A DNA stretch of 64,000 nucleotides, from NCBI RefSeq assembly GCF_963921235.1, contig NC_086097.1, forward strand, positions 150,538,001-150,602,000, written 5' to 3'. The position numbers were made by a program, and so were the translations under genes. Below the pieces are notes generated by a model. It saw only the letters and a list, made by a program, of their open reading frames with translations, searched no databases and was not told where the DNA came from. Source of the DNA: Mobula hypostoma. Taxonomy: Eukaryota. Positions 26,249 through 38,480 of this stretch are shown here, in pieces; the first letter of the stretch is position 1, and every line of letters starts with the position of its first letter.

Positions 26249-27209
26249 CACCCCCTTTGGCAAGTATCACAGCTTGTAAACACTTTCTGTAGCCAGCTAA
26301 GAGTCTTTCAATTCTTGTTTGGGGGAATTTCATCCATTCTTCCTTGCAAAAGGCTTCTAGTTCTGTGAGGTTCTTGGGCCATCTTGCATGCACTGCTCTT
26401 TTGAGGACTATCCACAGATTTTTAATAATGTTTAGCTCAGGGGACTGTGAGGGCCATGGCAAAACCTTCAGCTTGCACCTCTTGAGGTAGTCCATTGTGG
26501 ATTTTGAGGCGTGTTTAGGATCATTATCCTGTTGTAGAAGCCATCCTCTTTTCATATTTGGCTTTTTCCCAGATGGTGTGATGTTTGCTTCCAGAATTTG
26601 CTGGTATTTAATTGAATTCATTCTTCCCTCTACCAGTGAAATGTTCCCCGTGCCACTGGCTGCAACACAAGCCCAAAGCATGATTGATCCAACCCTGTGC
26701 TTAAAAGTTGGAGAGGTGTTCTTTTCATGAAATTCTGCACCCTTTTTTCTCCAAACATACCTTTCCTCATTGCGGCCAAAAAGTTCTATTTTAACTTCAT
26801 CGGTCCACAGGACTTGTTTCCAAAATGCATCAGGCTTGTCTAGATGTTCCTTTGCAAATTTCTGAAGCTGAATTTTGTGGTGAGGACACAGGAAAGGTTT
26901 TCTTCTGATGACTCTTCCATGAAGGGCATATTTGTGTGGGTGTCACTGCACAGTAGAACAGTGCACCACCACTCCAGAGTCTGCTAAATCTTCCTGAAGG
27001 TCTTTTGCAGTCAAACGGGGGTTTTGATTTGCCTTTCTAGCAATCCTAAGAGCAGTTCTCTCGGAATGTTTCCTTGGTCTTCCAGACCTCAACTTGACCT
27101 CCACCGTTCCTGTTAACTGCCATTTCTTAATTACATTACGAATGGAGGAAACAGCTACCTGAAAATGCTTTGCCTTTTCTTACAGCCTTTTCCTACTTTG
27201 TGGGCATCA

Positions 27210-30200
27210 CGACCCATGCCTATCCATCGACTACGTGATAAGGAACTGCGAATCATGAAGGTAAACATACGTGGACTTCGATCAAATATAGGTGAACTTG
27301 CCAATCTGTGCACTGAAGAGAAACCTTCCATCATTATTGCTGTTGAAATATTCCTCGACTCATCAGTCCCAGGTGTAGCGGACTGCATTACCATCCTTAG
27401 CTACTCAATATGTTGCCGCAGAGATCAGGAGGGAACATCAGGAGGTGGCATTGCTGTTTACTGTTTGGAGGGTATTGTGATACCCCGTAACCCTAGGAGA
27501 GATCCGAAAGACCTTGAACTCATGTGGTTCACTGTGGCTCTTCAATCACAGAAACTACTAATTGGTGCCGTCTACCGACCTCCTTGAATACCTGGACAGT
27601 AACACCTTCCCCAAGTTGACAGAGTTCAGTGCACAGTCTGTGTTGCTTATAGGGGACTTCAATGTCCATCATCTAGGCTGGCTGGGCAGCCAAACAACTG
27701 ACAATGCTAGCCAGCACACACTACAACTAGCTGATAGTCTTGGTCTGCAGCAGATTGTGTCAGACCCAACAAGGGGGGAGTATATCCTTGCTCTTGTTAT
27801 GACAGACCTACCCGTGAAGGCAACAACTATGGCTCTTGTGGGTTCTTCAGACCACAACCCCATGCTAGTGAAGTTGGATGTTCCAGCCATACAACAGGAA
27901 AGTTTGGTGTTACGACAAAGCCAACTTTTGGGACATGTGTGGTCATCTTTCATCAACTGACCAGTCTAGCATTCTCAAAGACAAGAACCCTAAGAAGGCT
28001 TGCACCAAGCTTACAGAAGTTATATGTGAGGCCATGGGCATTCACAGTCCCAGCAAAATTGTTACTGAGAAGACTGGTGATAAAGTATGGTTTGATGACA
28101 AGTGCAGACGAGAAGCAAAGAAGAAACTTCGTCTCTACCGCCAGCTAAAGAAGTGCAACACCCCTGTTAATAAGGAGAAGTTTGCCCAGGCTGGGCAGTC
28201 GAGCAGAGAGACAGGCCCGAAGAAACCATAACATCAAACTCAAAATGACTTAACCAGTGGTAACCTTAGCAGTAAGAAGTGGTGGAATGTTGTGAACTCC
28301 CTCTCTGGAAGAACAGGCCACTCTGACATCCCTGTCATTGAGCACAATGGGTCTGTACATACAACAGCAAAGGATAAGGCCAATGTTTTCTGTCAGGCTT
28401 TTGCAGATAAATGTCAGCTCACAAATGCTAATGACCAGCCACCAGTTGTCAAGCAGCTTACTACCACCTCGCTGAACAAAATCATCTTCAAACCTAAAGA
28501 TATCAGGAAAATTATGCAACAGCTTCAGCCTGATAAAGCATCTGGCCCTGACCAGATTCCAACTAGGGTCTTAAAGGAATGCAGTGCAGATCTTGCAAGT
28601 CCTCTCTGCCACCTCTTCCAGCTATGCTTCTCGAGTGGTGTATTCTCAGAACAATGGAAAATAGCATCAGTAACACCAGTACACAAGTGGGATTACAGAG
28701 CTGATCCTACAAATTACCGCCCCATATCCTTACTCAGTGTCATCAGCAAGATAATGGAAGCAGCAGTCCACAAACAAGTTCAGAGCTACCTACTCCGTAA
28801 CAACTTAATTTCAAGTAGGCAGTATGGATTTAGTCCTGATCACAGTACAGACGATCTCCTCACCACCTTATCTCAAACGTGGAGCACCTTCTTAGACAAA
28901 GGTGGAGAAGTGTGTGTCATAGCCCTGGATATCAAAGGAGCATTTGACAAGATCTGACATAATGGACTCTGTGTTAAGCTGAGATCCAAAGGAATATCTA
29001 GAATGCTGTTTAGATGGCTGCAGAGCTACCTTCATGGATGGACAATCAAAGCTGTTATCTCTGGTCAGGCTTCTGATTCTTCAACCATCAATTCATCTGT
29101 ATCACAGGGTTCAATACTTGGGTCACTTCTGTTTTCCATCTTTATTGATGACTTGCTTGATGCATGCAGTAACAAGCTATACCTGTACGCTGACGACTCC
29201 ACACTGTTTGCACCATTTAGAGCAGGAGAGAGTAATACAGTGGCAGCAGGCCTGTATAGGGATCTTGACAGGATGAAAGCCTGGGCAGACGACTGGAATG
29301 TCTCCTTTGAGCCTACTCAGTGCAAGGCGATGGTGATGTCTAGGAAGAGGAATCCATCTAACCCCGTCCTGTGTTTTGGGAACTGCAAGCTGGATTTAAA
29401 GAAGGAGCTAGTCATCCTTGGTGTTAATATTGACAGCAAGTTGGTGTGGGATAAACACCTTTCCACTATTTCAAACAAGGCTGGACAAAGGCTTGGAGCT
29501 CTGCGGAAAGTAACATCTAAACTAGACAAAGAGGGCAGAGCCACGGTTTACAAAGCCCAGGTACGAAGTATTATGGAGTATGCCTGCTTATCATGAATGA
29601 ATGCCTCACAGAGTGTCCTCAGCCAGCTTGATTTCATTCGAAGAAAGGCTCTCAGGATTATAGGTGTAGATGAAGCCACAGCTCGTGAGAAGCTAGCCAT
29701 CAGTAGCTTACACCACAGATGACTGGTTGCTGCAGCTACTGTGCTATACAAAATGTACACCAGCCACAGCCCTGCAGACCTTCGCGTCATGCTGCCTTCA
29801 TCTAATGAGAGATGGCGCACCACACGATCAAGTTTATCTATGCCTGTTCATGCTGTTTCTATGCCTGATGCGAGAACCTACACACTGGATATAAGATTCC
29901 TTCACTGCGCTATCAGAATTTGGAACAGCCTTCCAGATGCTGTGGTTGCAAACATCTGCAATGATGGGGTCCAAGCCTTCAAGAGTCGAGTGCACAAACA
30001 CCTATCATCTCTGAGAGGGAAGTCACATGCTTCTTCATAAGCTATCATGAAGGGGACCAGGATGGCAATGCTTGGTTGTTGGTAGGTAGGGTTAATACCT
30101 GACTTTCAGGAGCACTTGTGAGTTATGTTCCAGCTGGACTTAGTCCTCAAACTGCTGGAGAACAGTGCGGAAAGAACAGGTGTTGTTTTCTCCCAGTAGG

Positions 30201-30506
30201 GATTAGTTTTTAGTTCCAAGTGATCCAGCCACGTTTTGTCACCCTGCAACCTTATCCTTCAATCTCTTTGAATTATGGAGGACAGCATGTGTATAAATGT
30301 CTCTCTCAAGCAGACTTCATCATGATCATCATGACTCCAGTATTTCTACTATTTTTTAATTGTACATATGATTTTTTTGTGTTCTATCACTGAGCAGCAG
30401 TGAACCATCTGATTGGCCTATCAGAGTTCTCTTTGGGAACTAGTTGACTTGATCAGCATTTCTGATCTCGCTATTGTTCGCGATTGCACTTAATAAAAAA
30501 TAAAAA
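27210..30506 (+). mobile_element. CR1-clade LINE of a distinct lineage; near-complete ORF2 (APE and RT) pseudogene with long 3' UTR and A-rich end
   Basis: MKVNIRGLRSN..GGGIAVY..GAVYRPP..LIGDFNVHH..SDH; KASGPDQIP, NYRPISLLS, QYGF, ALDIKGAFDK, QGSILG, YADDS. Tc1 sequence resumes on both sides. Confidence 0.92.
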
Positions 30507-31724
30507 TTTAATTTTCAGAGTGCTAGGCAGCTGCTTAGAGAAGCCCATGAGACAAGGTTTGAAGAGTCAGGGTATTTATAAAGCTTTGAAATTTGCATCA
30601 CCTGGCCTTTCCTAACGATGACTATGAATAAGCCATAGCCCTAACAAGCTAATTAAGATCTGAGACCTTGGTAAAAGTTATCTGAGAGCGCAAATCTCTT
30701 GGGGTGCCCAAATGTTTGCCTGGTGCTCCTTTCCTTTTTTTCACTCTAAAATTGTACAAAACAAAAATAATACACTAATCTTGCTTAAGATGTTGAAAAG
30801 AATGTTTCATCTTTAACTTTATGACTTTTGGAGATCAGTTCATCTTCTTCTCACTTAACTACTCACAGTAACAGAAATTATGACCAGGAGTGCCCAAACT
30901 TTTGCATGCCACTGTACATTTTTTTTGTTATGGGTTTACACAACCTCAGGAGTTTCCAAAGCATATTTACAGAAAATAGGGGCCATGCACTGGCACTTAA
31001 CTGCTTTAAGAAAATGCTCATATATACACATGCACTGTTAGTGCTCCCATTTAATACTTGGAGACCCAGTGGTCTTTCTACTCCCCCATTCCTACATTCT
31101 TGTATTTTTTCAAGTGCCATGCAGCAAGAAATGTAATGCCCAAAATATGCACAGCAAGAGGTACCACCAAATAGTTTATGATGTTGGTCGGGGGATAACT
31201 TTTGACTAAGCCTCCTGGGAACCCCCTGTTCTCATTAAGACATTTTTGACCTTTACTGCTCAAAACAAAAGCAACTCTTTTCTCAACTTTCTCATCTCTT
31301 CTAATGCAGGAATAGAAAGGAATGCCGACCTCCAGGATTTAAGGAGATGTATTCTGAGGGCTGTTCCTTGTCAAACAACATGATAATATTTTTTCTTTGT
31401 CATTAATGGGCTTTGTTGTGTATTAATTAGGACTTACATTTTCTGCTTTGTAAATGTTTCATATTTCAAATAAATACTGGATTAGTCATAAAGCATTTTA
31501 TTATCCCTGAAATAATATCTGCAGGTTCTATTTGTTCCTCTTACTGCATTTGCCGATTGCTATTTTTATAGGAAAAATAATTGTGCCATTGTGGAGGGAA
31601 TAAATGGTATCACGGTGTATCATGATTTTTATTGACTACAATGAACAAAAATAAATTGGACAGAAGTATAACTGTTAAAAAAAGATTGTGTCACAAACAG
31701 AGTATAGGCAAACCTACCTCACAT

Positions 31725-32110
31725 TCCATAAGACCATACGACTATAAGACATAGGAACAGAATTAGTTCTTTCAGCCCATCGAGTCTGCTCCGCCATTCC
31801 ATCATGGCTGATCCCAGATCCCACACAACCCCATTCACCTGCCTTCTTGGCATATCCTTTGACGCCCTAACTGATCAGGAAATGACCAACTTCCGCCTTA
31901 AATATACACACAGACTTGGCTTCCACCGAAGTCGGTGGCAAAACATTCTGCAGATTCATTACTCTCTGGCTAAAAAAATTCTTCCTGACCTCTATTCTAA
32001 AAGGTCGCCCCTCAATTTTGAGGCTGTGCCCGCTATTTCTGGATATCCTCACCATAGGAAACATCCTCTCCACATTCACCCTCCCTAGTCCTTTCAACAT
32101 CTGGTAGGTC
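31725..32110 (-). mobile_element. CR1 3' fragment
   Basis: GHSLKIEGRPFRIEVRKNFFSQRVMNL; (CATAAGAC)n-like tail. Confidence 0.85.
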
Positions 32111-32512
32111 AAAAAAATCAGATGAAGGAATCAAATTTGTTTTTGTCAAATCCTTTGGTGATCCTTTGTGTTTTCAGCAGAAAGTTCTCATGCTTTCATG
32201 AGAAAGTCCTCATGTCCATTGTACATACTATTTATTACAAATTACTATAAATTGCACATTGCACATTAAGACAGGGATCTGAGCTCAGCCATGATGGAAA
32301 GGCAAATTTTTACTCCTCATGTATGTGAAGGATGTAAGTAATAAAGTCAATTCAATTCAATTCATACTTGCTATGACCAGATGATGCAAATTCACATGGG
32401 GATTTGGTGATCTTGTTACCGATAGATTTGTGTGTTTGATCACCCTCAGGGAAATGGCTCAGATAGCTGATATCAAACCATCCTTTTTAAATAACAGAAG
32501 CATTTCTCCATT

Positions 32513-33058
32513 GCTGGTGGCCACACACTTTAATGCCACATCCCATTCCCATTCTGACATGTCTATCCACGGCCTCCTCTACTGTAAAGATGAAGCCACA
32601 CTCAGGTTGGAGGAACCACACCTTATATTCCATCATGCCTCCAACCTGATGGCATGAACATTGACTTCTCTAACTTCTGCTAATGCCCCACCTCCCCCTC
32701 GTAACCCATCCTTTATTTATATACACACATACTTTCTCTCACTCTCCTTTTTCTCCCTCTGTCCCCCTGACTATACCCCTTGCCCATCCTCTGGGCTTCC
32801 CCCCCCCTTTCCCTTCTCCCTGGGCCTCCTGTCCCATGATCCTCTCATATCCCTTTTGCCTATCACCTGTCCAGCTCTTGGCTCCATCCCTCCCCCTCCT
32901 GTCTTCTCCTATCATTTTGGATCTCCCCCTCCCCCCCTACTTCAAATTTACTAGCTCTTCCTTCAGTTAGCCCTGACGAAGGGTCTCGGCCTGAAACATT
33001 GACTGTACCTCTTCCTAGAGATGCTGCCTGGCCTGCTGCGTTCACCAGCAACTTTGAT
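32513..33058 (+). mobile_element. Penelope-like element 3' fragment (GIY-YIG C-terminus and terminal region)
   Basis: VATHFNATSHSHSDMSIHGLLYCKDEATLRLEE; highly similar to 40248-40808. Confidence 0.9.
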
Positions 33059-33059
33059 G

Positions 33060-33184
33060 ATTTTTCTAATCCTCTTCTGGACTCTCTCCAATGCCAGAAA
33101 ATTCATGCTTAGATATGGTGCCCAAAACTGTTCACCGTACTGCAAACGTACTCTGACCAATGACTTATGAAGCCTCAGCATTAC
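33060..33184 (-). mobile_element. CR1 fragment
   Basis: VMLRLHKSLVRVRLQYGEQFWAPYL..LALERVQKR. Confidence 0.75.
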
Positions 33185-33660
33185 ATCATCATCATGACAC
33201 ATGACGTGGGCGATCATGGTCTTCCACCTGTCTTTAAGCTGAGAAGTTATAAAAAGCTCTTCAAAACTTTTGCCTAACCATCCCTTGATGTAACTTATGA
33301 ATGCCATGCACTGTCAACTTTTTCTTCCATCAGTTTTTCCCGTTACTACAAGCTGGTGGAGCTTCTCTTTCTTCAGTACATGTTTCAGAAATTCCAGCTG
33401 CCATTTCCTGATTGACAATATTGGCTCTCTTCTCATTCCAGCCTTTCACAACACTTCCTCACTTGTCGCTCTGTCCTTCCACAATATTTTTATCATTTTT
33501 CTTAAAAAAACACATTTCTGCAGCTTCAAGTCTTATCTCATTTTGCTTTGATACTGTCCAACATGTGCTTCCATATGTTAGTCTGGAATGAACGTAGCAC
33601 TGCAATATTCTGAGCTTAATACCCATAGAAATTATGTTATTCTTTACTGTCTTGCTCACA
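33185..33660 (-). mobile_element. RTE-clade LINE 3' end
   Basis: IKLRILQCYVHSRLTYGSTCWTVSK..RLEAAEM; DRWKTMIAHV; (GAT)n tail. Confidence 0.82.
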
Positions 33661-34114
33661 CGTGCAGTGAGCAATCCCAAACCTTCTTCTAATTTCAACA
33701 TCAGCCCTACTGTCAAATAATAAAGAATAACATAATTTCTATGAGTACGAAACTCAGAGTGTTGTGGTGATACAGAGTGTATTCTGCAGTTAGGGCACAG
33801 AAACAAATATTAATTTCAACAGCAACCGGTCTTCAGATTTGAATATGGATTGCAGTTTGAATTCAGAACAGTTCAGAACAATGGTCTTCCTGGAGCTGCG
33901 GACTATGGTTGATTGTTTACCAGGAAATACTCATTCACTTGAGATGCCTGCACATGCATGAATGCAGCTAGAGAGACAATGCTCATTGATCTTAAGGATT
34001 TAAAAATGTGATGTACTTTGCGTTTAGGAGGTCTCTTCTTTCAAGACAGACTTCATGTGTGCAGAATTATACCAGCTTCAGTGTCTCCTGGTGACTTTTT
34101 TCAGTCACTACATT

Positions 34115-34132
34115 TGGGGGTTAGTCCGGGAT
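34115..34132 (+). promoter_or_regulatory. Primer-binding site, tRNA-Pro type
   Basis: TGGGGGTTAGTCCGGGAT matches the canonical PBS-Pro TGGGGGCTCGTCCGGGAT at 16/18 positions, 2 nt after the LTR-terminal CA. Confidence 0.88.
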
Positions 34133-37100
34133 ACATTCTTGACCCATCACATAGCCAGTGACCTCAGTAGTTTAAGTGGGTGATTATTTTTAAGATTAGC
34201 TTTACACTATGATCTGTTCAGGTTGGTAACCACAGGATCATGAAGTATAACAAATACGGCAGAGAGCTGAACTGATTGATATAAAAGTAGTGTGGTGTGT
34301 GTAGTTGCATGCGTTTATGTAAGAGATTAGACCTCTTTGGGTAATTTGGTGAGGCAGGGCCTCCGGTTGTGAAGGGTGGTTGCTGACCATTCAGGACACC
34401 ATTGGAATGAGAGTATACTCGTTTGGGGAAGTGCATAGTAGCAGGCTCATTTGCAAGCATGTTCATATGTTTTAAGAATAAGTCTGTAACTTTGGTGTAA
34501 CAGTTTTAAATGCAAAGGAATACAACAGGCATTATGAGTTCAGACACACACAAGTGGTAGATTGCAGAGTGCATACGCTATGGTTTTTAATACGTACTGT
34601 TTATTTTTTATAAGTCATTTATATTTTGTGTAGCTTGGGAATTAGTGTGGAGATATTTGGGGTGGAGGTTATACCCAGATATACTGTATCTGTCTGGATG
34701 GCACCGATTGAGGTTAGGCAACGTCAAGTCAAGAACCCTGATGACCCGAGCTAGGCCTTGACTTTGATCATAACCATCCATAAACCCTTCAGCCCTGGGG
34801 AGAAGCAGAGCATTTTATCAGAGCTGTCCTCACTTAAAGTCTCCTGCAAGAATGCAGAATTCTGGGCCAAGCTCGAGGAACTGGTTGAAGTTCATTAGAT
34901 GTACCTTAAAGATACATACGTGTTGGTAAAAGCGAAGTGCCCGAGGAATACGTGGAACAGTATAGCCCAGGGGGTGCACGATGGTACATGGGCAACTACC
35001 TGGAACACTAGCAATGAAGAGAGATATTGCTTCTTTAACAGGGAAGGTGAGGCAGTGACTGGGAGGAGGTGAGAGTAACTGGGGAACGATAATGTCAGTG
35101 ATTCAGAGAGCTGATGGGTCGCCATAAATTATGCAGAATGTAAATATCGAATATATGAGGAGTATTCAGAGTTGTAATCCTGGGAGGGATGACCCAATCT
35201 TCCTGAAAATGCTGAAGGAAAGCCTGTTCAGCCCAGTTTTAGATTTGGTGATAGTAGTGGGATCAACCGACTCCGCGATAGTATTATGGGCTAATGAGAA
35301 AGATCAGAGGAGGGGGAAGAGAAGTCGTAAAGTAGTTGCTGTGGTGACATCACAGGGGACTTGCCTTGTGAGCCAGCAACCAGGGCATCTAGAAAGGAAC
35401 TACTGAAATAGATGTGAGAGGGTGAAGGAGATGATTTGTTACATCTACGGCATCCAGGCCATGGTTGGAGACAGTGCCCTGAAAAGAGAGGAAAGGGTGA
35501 GAACCTCTCACCAAAGCAGGCAGAATCCATAGTAGAGCCCTCTCTTTCTGATTTGACTGCTGACCAGATGGCAGCCTCTATTACTATTGGTGGTCATCCA
35601 TGGGTGTACACAAGAGGTTTATTAAGGGGCGGACAATGTTGCAGCAATCATTAGTGAACATAGGGTTTTCAGTATTGATAACTAATCTACCCTTGCCCAT
35701 AACTGGAGAAGCGATTTACATTACTAGTGCAGGAGGTGAAACAATGAGGGCGGAGAGAAGTCAGCCCAGGTACTTGAGATTGAGGGAGTGCAGCTTCCTG
35801 TAGATTTTTGGGTGTGCCCAAACAATCCTGGGGATAGACTCACTGAGTAAGGCAGGTGCTATCATAGACTCAGAAAAAGGAGAAATAACATGGCCAAGAC
35901 AGGGACAGTGAATGTGTGATCCACAAAGCAGCTAACATGGCCCATAGGGAGACAGCAACCCCAAGCAGGGAGGAGAGATGGGATGATGTGTGAGAATCAT
36001 GTCAGAGGGTCCCAGGGGAGGGTCAAGCACAGTCAGGAGCTGTTAGAAGTAGCGCAGCTGCCTGAGGAGGTAGCAGTGATTGAAGTAAAGGCTCATCAGA
36101 AAGGGGATAGTAAGGAGCAGAAAGGGAATGAGTGGGCAGATGTCAGTGTGAGGAGGGCAGTAGAGAGCAGGAAGCAACAGAAATTACAAATGTACAGGAA
36201 GTAACTACAAATGTCAAGTTAGATTACATGGAGATGTGAGGGTCCACTGTAACCAGGATAACACATTGAGGGATCGAGCAAAGCAGGCTGGTAAGGGAGC
36301 AGGTTGAAAGGAGAGATTTTGCTCTCAGGTGGTGCTCCGGACAAACGAAACCTGAGTCGGTGTACGGTTCCAACGAGGCAGCCAGTGGAAACACTGGACT
36401 CAGGTTAGACAGTATGACTCACCTTCTTGTCACCCCCCCCCCCCCCGCCCACAGACAGAGCAAGAGATCAAGTGTACTCTGTAACAGTGTCATTGCTGAA
36501 AACACAGTGATGAACACCAACTGGCTGCATTAGACCTGACCACAGCTGACTGAAGCAGATCCACAGCAAATGCAAATGGAGATGACTCTGAGGGAGTGTG
36601 ACAGCGAGCTGTGAAAAGGAACTAATGTATAATGGTAACTGTACTCTGTATTGAAGGTTGGTTGCTGAAGGTAGATGATTACTGTAGTTGTATAGATCAG
36701 AATAGAAATATATTGGGAAGGGATCTGAGTTATAGCAGAGAGGTCAGTTTCCACAACTTCAATAGCATGGCAGACTGAGAAAGAGAAGAAATTGCACACA
36801 GAGTATGAAAGCAGTCACCCCAGCCCCAATGGGGAGTGAATTCAAATGAGCTGGGTCCTTTCAGTGGTTGAATCAGCAATCGTATTGACAGTCTGGAAGG
36901 AGGTGCCACCAGGGTCCTTGCAGCCGTTCAAACAGACAGCACCCCAAATCCTCCTACATCAATAGAAGGGTCTGTGAGGCTAGCTTATCTGATCATTCTG
37001 ACAATCTTTTGACATGGCATGGAGTGTGAACTGTTGCCTGTGAGCTATACTCATTTACCTTGCTCTTGCCTCTGACCAGTGAGTGACCACTGTTAGCTAC

Positions 37101-37291
37101 TGTTGAGTTTTAGCTATCAGAGAATGAAAGAGCAAAGATAAAAGAATACGATTAAACTGCAATCGGGCAACAGGGAAAGAGCCAACAGCCATATGAATAA
37201 CAAAGCTGCATTTTAAAGGCTGTTGGTCAGATTTCTGAAACAATCACAGTTTAAGAGTCTTGTAGTTAGCTATTAGGGATGATAGCGTAGA

Positions 37292-37392
37292 TGCAACACA
37301 AACAAAATGCTGGAGAAACTCATCAGGCCAGGCAGCATCTATGGAAAAAAGTACAGTCGACGTATCGGTCCAAGACCATTCGGCAGGACTAG
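37292..37392 (-). mobile_element. Penelope terminal fragment inside the ERV
   Basis: CAAAATGCTGGAGAAACTCATCAGGCCAGGCAGCATCTATGG...AGTCGACG...CAGGACTAG. Confidence 0.75.
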
Positions 37393-37444
37393 CTCCTTAA
37401 AGTTTGCCTTTCCTGGAACGGATTTCTTTTTGTCCAGGAAGGCC

Positions 37445-37456
37445 AAGAGGAAGGAC
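37445..37456 (+). promoter_or_regulatory. Polypurine tract of the ERV
   Basis: AAGAGGAAGGAC immediately precedes TGTTAC, the start of the 3' LTR. Confidence 0.75.
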
Positions 37457-37921
37457 TGTTACGGCATATTCTGGAATTCGGGTTTATAAGCAAATTTTAA
37501 TTTCAATAACAACTGATCTACAGATTGAACTTAAAACACACCTCAGAACAATGGTCTTCCTGGAGCTGCGGACTAGTGTTGATTGCAAACCAGGAAATAT
37601 TCACCTGAGATGCCTGCACGTGCATGAATGCAGCTAGACAATGCTCATTAACAATCAATCTAGGGTGTCTGGAGTGTTTCTGTGAAGACTTAGGTGCTTG
37701 AAAATTATATGCAATTTAAATGAAGGATTGTCAACCCAAATTACTGAAGTAAACAATATCATTGTAACCACTGAAACTGTATTGAGGTACCATTGATCTA
37801 AAGTGTATAAAAGTGAGATGCACTTTGAGTTTAGGAGGCCTTTTCTTCCAAGAGTTCCTTGAGTACGATGGCTGCTTGTGTGCAGAATATCACCAGGTTC
37901 ACAGTCATAACACTACATTCA

Positions 37922-38075
37922 TTTCACACTAACATATGGAAGTGAATGTTGCAGAATATCAAAGCAAAATGAGATAAGACTTGAAGCTGCAGAAACGTAG
38001 TTTTTGAGTAGAATGATGTATATATCATCGAGGGGCAGAGTAACAAATGAGGAAATGCTGTGAAAAGTGGGAATG
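37922..38075 (+). mobile_element. RTE fragment, inverted relative to the adjacent RTE
   Basis: TLTYGSECCRISKQNEIRLEAAET, similar to the reverse complement of ~33430-33585. Confidence 0.75.
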
Positions 38076-38480
38076 GAAAGCCATTTTGTGGTGTAACTCA
38101 CATTTAATTGCTCTAGGTTTTCTTGGCAGTGCAATCAATACTGACTTGCTCTTTTCTTCAGGTATTTCCCCACGAGAAAATCTGTCTCCCTTGCAATCCC
38201 AAAATCTTCCAGAGCTTGAATCATTTCTATAGCAATGACGACAGGCCCTACTGCCTTATTCTTTTTCATTTTTCCCACTGCTGCTCCAACTTCTGATTTC
38301 ATAATCGGTGGGCCATCCATGTTCTTAGTAATTATTGGCTTCTCCCCGCTCGTATCTTCAAACTAGTCAGCTATGTATTCACAAACAACAGGAATTCTGC
38401 AGATGCTGGAAATTCAAGCAACATACATCAAAGTTGCTGGTGAACGCAGCAGGCCAAGCAGCATCTATAGGAAGAGGCGC

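Larger units (their letters stand above)
24576..30914 (-). mobile_element. Tc1/mariner transposon of IR/DR type, both ends intact, disrupted by two nested insertions
   Basis: TA|CAGTGGCATGCAAAAGTTT...AAACTTTTGCATGCCACTG|TA. TIRs of ~210 bp with an inner repeat of the terminal motif near 24772 and 30701. Transposase from ATG 30548 (MGFSKQLP) through QQDNDPKH and WPSQSPELNIIKNLW to a stop at 24796. Confidence 0.95.
33768..37917 (+). mobile_element. Degraded endogenous retrovirus (LTR-PBS-gag-pro-RNase H-PPT-LTR)
   Basis: Homologous LTRs at ~33768-34112 and 37457-37917, both ending CACTACA. Gag-like MAPIEVRQ..KPFSPGEKQSIL at 34698. Two degenerate CCHC knuckles at 35362-35480. Protease-like LVNIGFSV. 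Retroviral RNase H LPEEVAVIEVKAHQKG..KGNEWAD. Confidence 0.88.
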
